Shown here piece after piece: positions 57,536-64,000 of a stretch of DNA of 64,000 bases (the stretch's first letter is position 1; every line of letters begins with the position of its first letter). The translations under genes were made by a program, and so were the position numbers. The notes below the pieces were generated by a model, which saw only the letters and a program-made list of their open reading frames with translations, was not told the DNA's origin and did not search any database. The stretch covers positions 864,001 to 928,000 of the forward strand of contig CAVVTZ010000007.1 in the NCBI GenBank assembly GCA_963751275.1, read 5' to 3'. The DNA is from an uncultured Gemmatimonadaceae bacterium (GTDB lineage Bacteria > Gemmatimonadota > Gemmatimonadetes > Gemmatimonadales > Gemmatimonadaceae).

Positions 57536-58975
57536 TCAGTGCTTCTCCGGCTCGATCACGGTCGGCAGCGGATACGCGCTCTGCAGTGCCTTGAGGTAAT
57601 CCGCGTACAGTGCCTGCAGCCCGGTGAATTCCTTCGTCACCGTCGCGCGATACTTAGCGTCGGTCGCGAACGCATAGAGAATGCCCGTCATCGCCTGCGC
57701 GTCGATCACGAACGCGTTGTGGCCGATGTCGTTCAGCGCATCGGTCTCCATCTCGAAGGTGTGATAGCCGCCGCTCGAACTGTAGGCGGTGACGCCGACG
57801 CCGGGGATCTGCGTGGCCACGGTGCCCGTCTCCTCATAGGGAATGGGCGCGCCGGGCTCGGCGTTCACGTGCGTCGCGCCGAGCTGTTTCAGGTAGGTGA
57901 ACGCGAGATCGTTCAACGCGGCCACCGAGATGCCGTCGCGCGCGGCCGAGTCTACCTGGATGTGCACCTTCGTTCCCGTCGCGAGCGCGGCGCCGCGCGC
58001 GGCGTCCTCCACCTGGTCGCGGATCTGCTTGAGGTAGACCTCATCCGGGTAGCGGATCCAGATCTCCGCGGCGGTGCGGTCGGGGACGACGTTGGGCGCT
58101 TTCCCTCCCTCGGTGATGATCCCCTGAATGCGGGCCTCGGGGCGGATCGTCTTCCGGATCGCGTCGATGTGATTGAACAGCTCGATGACCGCGGTCAGCG
58201 CGTCGCGGCCGTTCCACGCCGTGAGTTGGTGTGCCGGCGCGCCGTAGAAGGTGAAGTGCAGCACATCGATGTTGAGACAGCAGCTCCCGAATCCTCCCTC
58301 GGAACGCTGCGTTGCGGTGGAGGAATGCGAGCGCACGATGACGTCGGCATCCTTGAACACTCCCGCGAGGTACATCGTGGTCTTCGCTTCCGGCGCGCCC
58401 ACCTCCTCGGCGGGCGTGCCGTACACGATCACCGTGCCCGGCGTCTTCGACTGCGTGAGGAACTCCGCCATCGCTACGGCCACGGCCATCCCCACCGGGC
58501 CCTGCGCGCTGTGCTGGTCGCCGTGGAAGTCGCGCGACGTTCCGCGCAGTGCGTCGTACTCGAGGATCACGCCGAGCTTCGGGCCCGCGGTCCCTTTCGT
58601 GTAGCGCGCGACGAACGCGGTGGGCATTCCGGCCACGCCTTGCTCGACGGCGAATCCGTGAGCAGTCAAGTAATCGGTGAGGATCTTCACGGAGCGTGTC
58701 TCGTGCCAGCCCACTTCGGGATGCTTCGTGATGTCGTCGGCCATCGCGAGGAGTTCCTTGTCCATCAGCTCTTTCGCGCGCGCCATCACGGCGTCGCGGC
58801 GCTTATCGGGCGCGCTCAGGCGCGAGACCATGGCGGGCAGTTGCAGCGAGGTCTCGAGCTCGCTCATGCGCTTGATCACATCAGCCGCGGCGTTACGCTC
58901 GGTGGGCGTTTCCTGGCCGGCGGCGGTCGCGGCGAGGAGCAAGGTGCAGGCGAGCAACAGGAGTGAACGGCGCAC
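57536..58975 (-). CDS. Exported M20 family amidohydrolase (AbgB/PM20D2-like)
   Basis: Signal peptide; HPEVGWHE, LEYDAL, GTPAEE, GGKAPNVVP motifs. Confidence 0.85.
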   Translation of the reverse strand: MRRSLLLLACTLLLAATAAGQETPTERNAAADVIKRMSELETSLQLPAMVSRLSAPDKRRDAVMARAKELMDKELLAMADDITKHPEVGWHETRSVKILTDYLTAHGFAVEQGVAGMPTAFVARYTKGTAGPKLGVILEYDALRGTSRDFHGDQHSAQGPVGMAVAVAMAEFLTQSKTPGTVIVYGTPAEEVGAPEAKTTMYLAGVFKDADVIVRSHSSTATQRSEGGFGSCCLNIDVLHFTFYGAPAHQLTAWNGRDALTAVIELFNHIDAIRKTIRPEARIQGIITEGGKAPNVVPDRTAAEIWIRYPDEVYLKQIRDQVEDAARGAALATGTKVHIQVDSAARDGISVAALNDLAFTYLKQLGATHVNAEPGAPIPYEETGTVATQIPGVGVTAYSSSGGYHTFEMETDALNDIGHNAFVIDAQAMTGILYAFATDAKYRATVTKEFTGLQALYADYLKALQSAYPLPTVIEPEKH

Positions 58976-59064
58976 GAGGTGGTCTCCCGGTGAGTGGGTT
59001 GGGACGAAAGTATACGGGCGCGAGGCGCCCGCCACCATTTCGCCGCAGGCTGCGTCTCGCGCGC

Positions 59065-59772
59065 CTAGTAATTCCAGAACGCGCTGAGCGCCAGGATGTC
59101 GTCGCTCTTGTCGGGCGCGTTCGTGCCGAACACGTACTGATGCAGGTAGCCGAACTCGATCGTCACCGTCGGGCTGACGGCCACGCCGGGGCCGATGAAG
59201 AATCGGTTACGGTCGGAGCCGGCGGTGGCGCCGTAGTTGGTGCTGTTCAGGTTGTAGAAATATTCGTCGTACAGCACGCCTGACCATCGCGACCCGAGCG
59301 GCACGGACAGCTTGACGAATTCGCGCAGCCGCCAGCCGGTCTCGCTGCCGGTGCTCACGAACCGTTCTTCCAATCGCGTGCGCGACGAGAGCCGGCTGCT
59401 GCCGACTCGGCTGCTCCAGGTCGCCTGTTCCCAGATGCGACTCTCATACGTGCTGGTGGAGGCATACGGCGGCTCGGTGTTGATATAGGCGTAGCCGAGC
59501 CACACGGTCCACGCCCCGCTCAGCGAGTAGCCGACGCCGGGACGGATGATCCCCTGCGCGAACGTGCTCGCGTCATCGCCGAAGCGGAGCTGCATGTCGA
59601 GCCAGAGACGCCATGAGCCGCTCGTGTCGTTGAGCGCCGGCGGGAGTTTCCCGTTGACGAAGCCGCCGAGCCAGATGCCGAAGTCCTCGGTCTGCGCGTG
59701 GGCGCGCATGGCGGGCGCGAACAGGAGCACGGCGCAGGCGACGCGGACGAAGCGGCTCCTGGAGCGAGACAT
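59065..59772 (-). CDS. DUF2490 outer-membrane beta-barrel protein
   Basis: Signal peptide; RPGVGY, ESRIWEQ, RTRLEERF, DRNRFFIG patterns. Confidence 0.82.
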   Translation of the reverse strand: MSRSRSRFVRVACAVLLFAPAMRAHAQTEDFGIWLGGFVNGKLPPALNDTSGSWRLWLDMQLRFGDDASTFAQGIIRPGVGYSLSGAWTVWLGYAYINTEPPYASTSTYESRIWEQATWSSRVGSSRLSSRTRLEERFVSTGSETGWRLREFVKLSVPLGSRWSGVLYDEYFYNLNSTNYGATAGSDRNRFFIGPGVAVSPTVTIEFGYLHQYVFGTNAPDKSDDILALSAFWNY

Positions 59773-59775
59773 GCC

Positions 59776-60180
59776 CTAGCGCTTCCTCGCCGTCTTGCCG
59801 TTGTGCGTCACCGCCGCCTTCACGAGCGCCTTGAATGCGCGCGCATCGACCGTTTCTCCTTCGTGGATGTCGATCGCCCTGCGCGTCGCGCCTTCCAAGC
59901 TGGAATTGAAGAGCTTCTTCGGATCCGGAAGGCTCGCCCCACGCGCGAACGTGAGCTTCAAGGCTTTCTTGTACGCTTCGCCCGTGGTGACGATCCCGTG
60001 ATGCGACCAAACGGGATTGGCCCACTTCCACTCCTCGGTCATTTCGGGATCGGCTTCCAGGATCAGCGCTCGCATGCGGGCCAGCGTCTCGCCGCGCCAC
60101 CCTTCGAGCTCACGGATCCGCTGGTCGATGAGCCGGCCGGCTGCTTCTTTGTCTGGAAAAGGATTCGTCTTCATTGGCAT
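59776..60180 (-). CDS. DUF1801 domain protein
   Basis: WRGETLARMRALILEADP..EEWKW..PVWSH.GI, LFNSSLEG..RRAIDI. Confidence 0.88.
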   Translation of the reverse strand: MPMKTNPFPDKEAAGRLIDQRIRELEGWRGETLARMRALILEADPEMTEEWKWANPVWSHHGIVTTGEAYKKALKLTFARGASLPDPKKLFNSSLEGATRRAIDIHEGETVDARAFKALVKAAVTHNGKTARKR

Positions 60181-60204
60181 TATTGAAGTAGGAAGCGTTC
60201 GGAA

Positions 60205-60582
60205 CTATCGCTGCTGCCCCGACCGCAGGCTCCACAGTCCGCGCACCGAGAGCATGAAGGAGAAGAGCCCGGTCACGCCCTGCGCGAGGATCAGCCAGAC
60301 CCAGAAGGCTCCGTGGGTCTTGGCGAGTTCGCTGCCCGGCCCCGTCATGTGGATGGTGGCGGTGCCCGCCCCAAGGATCGAACCGACGAGCATGATGATC
60401 AACCCCGATCGCCGTTCGGGGAGCACCAGCGTTCCGTACAGCCACACAGCCAGGACCGGCACCGTGACGAAGAAGTATGACGCCATCCCGCCCTGGTCGC
60501 GGAGGATGTCCTCCATCATGTGAAAGGTCATGAGGAGGATCGAGAGCAGCGACGCGATGGTCAACGCCGTGTTTGGTTTCAT
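60205..60582 (-). CDS. Four-helix membrane protein
   Basis: SLLSILLMTFH...WLYGTLVL hydrophobic pattern. Confidence 0.7.
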   Translation of the reverse strand: MKPNTALTIASLLSILLMTFHMMEDILRDQGGMASYFFVTVPVLAVWLYGTLVLPERRSGLIIMLVGSILGAGTATIHMTGPGSELAKTHGAFWVWLILAQGVTGLFSFMLSVRGLWSLRSGQQR

Positions 60583-60595
60583 TCAATACTCCGCG

Positions 60596-61715
60596 TCAGT
60601 ACGCGTAGCCCAGCTTCAGGTAGATGCCGTAGTTGCCCGCGTTGCCGTGCGCGTACTCGAGGTTCGCGATCATCCGCTGCACGGGCTTGATCACGTAGTG
60701 GATGCCGACGCCGAACGCCGGGTAGATCGTGTTCTCGTCCGTCGCGCCGGTCACGCCGCCGCCGTACAAGTACGCCGCGCCCAACGAACGCCGTCGCGCC
60801 CCAACGCTCCGAGATCTTGAATCGCTCCTCCGCCTCGAGCGACGACATGTACTGCCCGAGGTACTGTCCCTGCTTGTAGCCGCGCAGCAGCACGGACGCC
60901 TCGGCCGAACCCGGCGCGTCGAAGGTCCACCAGTTGTACTGTCGCACGGCGAGCACGTGTCCGCTCCCGTGCTCCCAGTATCCGCGCCCGTCCAGCCGCA
61001 CGACGCTGTACGTGCTGTCGCCCGGGAACCAGTCGCCGTACCACACGTTGTTGGCGTTCAGGTACCAGCCGCGCGTGGGCATGTCCTGATTGTCGCGCGA
61101 GTCCTGCATCGCCACGAGCCCAACGCCGGCCGATTTGAACGGGCGAATGCCGAGGCTCTCGAGGACCTCCTGATCCTGGGCGTCGTCGCCGAGCACTTGG
61201 TAGTTCGCGAATGATGTTTGCGCGCCAACGAACCAGTCGCCGGTGAGCCGGTACTCATAGCGCACGAAGATGGCGCGCAGGTTGTCCTGCGTCTGGAGCG
61301 GCTGGCCGGTGCCGAGGTAGTCCTCGTAGTTGTTGTTGATCTGTCCGTACGCGCCGAGCGCGGTGATGCGGTGGTGATCCTCGCCGAATGAGAGGCGCGC
61401 GAAGAGGCCGGCGATCTGCGAATGCGTGGTGGTGTACGTGTACATCGCGCCGATCATCGACGTGCGCGATTTCTCGTCGAACTTCTTCACCCAGGCGCCG
61501 AGCGCGCCGACCGCCGTGCCCAGCTTCGGGTTCGACGAGAGGGTGGGGAGGATGAGCCAGGGGGAGCCCACGGCCTTCACGAGGGAGTCCACGGGCGTCA
61601 CTTGGGCGTGCGAACCGGTCGCGAACGCGGCGAGCATCACGGCGCCGCACCAGATCTGCGCGATGCAGCGCCGGCTCGTTGCAGGTCCGCATTCGAATCC
61701 GACTCCACGCCGCAC
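60596..61715 (-). CDS. BamA/TamA-like outer-membrane barrel protein (single frameshift near 60782; start uncertain)
   Basis: PTLSSNPKLG, DSRDNQDMPTRG, LRGYKQGQY; C-terminus GIYLKLGYAY is in another frame after an extra G. Confidence 0.75.
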
Positions 61716-61720
61716 CGCGC

Positions 61721-62383
61721 CTAGTACCACTTGGCGTTGAACTGATGACAGTAGTGGTTCGGGTCAGCGCGCAGCCACTCCTGCTTGGTCATCCAGGAGT
61801 ACGCCTCACACTCCTCCTTGAGCTGCTGCTTCTGCTGCTTCACCTCGGTCTTCAACGCCTTCTGCCACTCCTTCGCAAATGCGACGGATGGGAATCGATA
61901 CACCCCCTCCCACACGTGCCCATGGGCGAGTAGGTCGAAGGCGGCGGTGAGTTGGGCATCCTGTCCCTTGATGTTCCATTTCAGGCCGCCCTTCGAGATG
62001 TCGCCCGCGTAGCTCCACTGCCACGCGTCGCCCGACTTCACGACCAGCATGCATTGGAATCCGCTGTTCGGCCGCGCGTTGTCGTACTGTCCCGACCAGA
62101 CCCAAGAGCCGTTCCGGCTGATGGTCAGCTCCGCCGACCCGCCCCCGTTCTTGAACTCCCAGTGGATGATGATCTGCCCGTTCTTGCCGATCCCGCGCTG
62201 GATCCCCGTGTTCTCCTCGACCGGAGCCTCGACCGTCTGCTCGGTCTGAAGGGCCGGAATGGGCTGGCTGCTATCCGCCGCGTGCTTCTTCTTCCCCCCT
62301 CCTTGCGCACTCAATGGATTCGCCAGCGCGACGACGAGCAGGCAGACGCAGGCGACCGCAATCGGTGAGTTCCGCATCGTCAT
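61721..62383 (-). CDS. Secreted hypothetical protein
   Basis: GGGAG RBS, signal peptide, Trp/Gly-rich beta domain with a C-terminal Cys pair. Confidence 0.65.
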   Translation of the reverse strand: MTMRNSPIAVACVCLLVVALANPLSAQGGGKKKHAADSSQPIPALQTEQTVEAPVEENTGIQRGIGKNGQIIIHWEFKNGGGSAELTISRNGSWVWSGQYDNARPNSGFQCMLVVKSGDAWQWSYAGDISKGGLKWNIKGQDAQLTAAFDLLAHGHVWEGVYRFPSVAFAKEWQKALKTEVKQQKQQLKEECEAYSWMTKQEWLRADPNHYCHQFNAKWY

Positions 62384-62607
62384 GGCTCCCAATGTTAGGG
62401 GAAGCTGCGTTTCCAACATAGGGCGGATGGGGCCGGAGCGCGACAGGGGCATTCGTCGAACAACCGGGAGCCGATTGCCGGGAGCCGATGAGGCATGACA
62501 ACGCATGGCGTCACTACTTGCGACTCAGGATTCTCCCGACGCGGCGAGGGTGTTTACGCGGTATGATTCTAACGGCGCGAAAGCGCTCACTCGTCCAGGA
62601 GATCCTC

Positions 62608-64000
62608 TTGAATCGCATCGCCCGCTGTCTCGATCTGCTCGCGCCCGTTCTCACGGCCGTGATTCTCGCGAACACCGCCGCCGCGCAGGGTGCGCCGGCG
62701 GCCGACACCACGCGCAAGCCGATCGAGGCGAAGAAGCCCGACTATTCGCCGTACCCCGATCAGAACTTCCCCACTCGCGTCTACTGGGGCGTCGCGCACG
62801 TGCACACCGGATTCTCCTTCGACGCTGGCATGTTCGGGATCACGCTCACGCCCGATGATCTCTTCCGCGTCGCCCGCGGCGGCACGGTGGTCATGGACAA
62901 CGGCCAGACCTTCAAGATGGACCGGCCGCTGGATTGGGTGTCGGTCACGGATCACGCCGAGTACCTCGGCATCTCCGACCAGATCCGCAACGCCAGCCCC
63001 GAGCTGCTCGAGAACCCGCAGGGGAAGCGGTGGTACGAGATGTCGAAGACGAGCCCGGAAGAAGGGGTGAAGGCCGCGATCGAGGCCGTCGTCTCCATGC
63101 AGACGGGCAAGCCGGTGTTCAAGAGCGACAAGCTCGCCGCCGCGGCGTGGCTGCACGCGACCGCCGCCGCCGAGAAGTGGAACGAGCCGGGCGTCTTCAC
63201 GGCGCTGCACGGCTTCGAGTGGACCTCCGCGCCGGGCGCGAACAACCTGCACCGCACGGTGATCTTCCGCGACAACGCGGACCGGGTGAACCAGATCCTT
63301 CCATTCTCGACGTTCGACAGTCCGGATCCGCTGGAGTTGTGGAAGTTCATGGACGGATACGAGAAGAAGACGGGCGGCCAGGTGCTCGCCATTCCGCACA
63401 ACGGCAATTTGAGCAACGGCGCAATGTACTCGGCTTCGACGTTCGACGGGAAGCCGATGGACCTGGCATACGCCGAGATGCGTGCGGCGCATGAGCCGCT
63501 GTTCGAGGCGACGCAGATCAAGGGCGACGGCGAGACGACGCCGTATCTCTCGCCCACCAATGAGTTCGCGAACTTCGAGCGCTGGGACGTCAGTTTCGGA
63601 AGCATGGAGAAGGCGAAGGACAGCGTGCTGAATGGCAATTACGTCCGGTCGGCGTTCCGACTGGGACTGGAACTCGAGAACAAGATCGGCGCCAACCCCT
63701 ACAAGTCGGGCCTCATCGGCGGGAACGACGCGCATGTCGGCGTCGTTACGACGCGCGAGGATAATTTCTTTGGGGAGTTCGCCAATGGCCTGCCGTCGCC
63801 GGATCGGTGGAAGGCGCCGCTTGCCATGATCGACAACGATCCGAAAAAGGGACCGCTCGTCTCCGTGTGGAACGAATCCGCGTCGGGACTCGGCGGCGTG
63901 TGGGCGCGCGAGAACACGCGCGAAGCGATCTGGGATGCGCTCAAGCGGAAAGAGGTGTACGCGACCACGGGCGACCGGCCGGTGGTGCGCGTGTTCGCGG
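62608..64000 (+). CDS. DUF3604 (PHP-like metallohydrolase) protein, 3' truncated by window end
   Basis: AGGAG RBS + TTG; YSPY..FPTRVYWGVAHVHTGFSFDAG, VTDHAEYLG, FEWTS, NLHRTVIFRD, IPHNGNLSNG, EVYATTG. Not in the ORF track because it has no stop. Confidence 0.88.
   Translation, partial: MNRIARCLDLLAPVLTAVILANTAAAQGAPAADTTRKPIEAKKPDYSPYPDQNFPTRVYWGVAHVHTGFSFDAGMFGITLTPDDLFRVARGGTVVMDNGQTFKMDRPLDWVSVTDHAEYLGISDQIRNASPELLENPQGKRWYEMSKTSPEEGVKAAIEAVVSMQTGKPVFKSDKLAAAAWLHATAAAEKWNEPGVFTALHGFEWTSAPGANNLHRTVIFRDNADRVNQILPFSTFDSPDPLELWKFMDGYEKKTGGQVLAIPHNGNLSNGAMYSASTFDGKPMDLAYAEMRAAHEPLFEATQIKGDGETTPYLSPTNEFANFERWDVSFGSMEKAKDSVLNGNYVRSAFRLGLELENKIGANPYKSGLIGGNDAHVGVVTTREDNFFGEFANGLPSPDRWKAPLAMIDNDPKKGPLVSVWNESASGLGGVWARENTREAIWDALKRKEVYATTGDRPVVRVFA

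Overview
High-GC bacterial chromosome segment; gene content and protein style suggest a Gemmatimonadota-like Gram-negative (inference). 1-15.5 kb is a minus-strand run: lepA, LPS heptosyltransferase, ROK and PfkB kinases, a STAS/HATPase pair, a PLP trans-sulfuration enzyme, ftsE-ftsX-envC, nfo, then two paralogous CxxC/RAPP (DUF2946/CruR-like) leader ORFs, one before a TonB-dependent receptor and one before a second exported protein. 15.9-36 kb is a plus-strand core run: DUF58, BatA-like, mfd, two parvulin/SurA PPIases, S4 protein, pdxA, CDF transporter, pilT, Ntn acylase, typA and two paralogous secreted proteins, with several families of short palindromic intergenic repeats. An intact tRNA-Ile(GAT) at 36437-36510 starts the most unusual region: about 21 kb of unrelated accessory genes, punctuated by repeated junction units. 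Each unit has tandem 12-bp arm-like repeats, a conserved ~125-bp spacer, the tRNA-Ile 3' half starting at the anticodon loop, and a covarying terminator hairpin. Four junctions carry a 21-nt insertion at the same T-loop position, and no integrase is visible in the window. Cargo includes an HEAGH-peptidase/ADP-ribosyltransferase-like fusion, a BrnT/BrnA toxin-antitoxin pair, ABC transporters, an ArsP-like permease with a thioredoxin, and small genes with degenerate attC-like ends. The window ends in exported/outer-membrane genes and a partial DUF3604 gene. Several genes carry frameshifts that look like sequencing errors.
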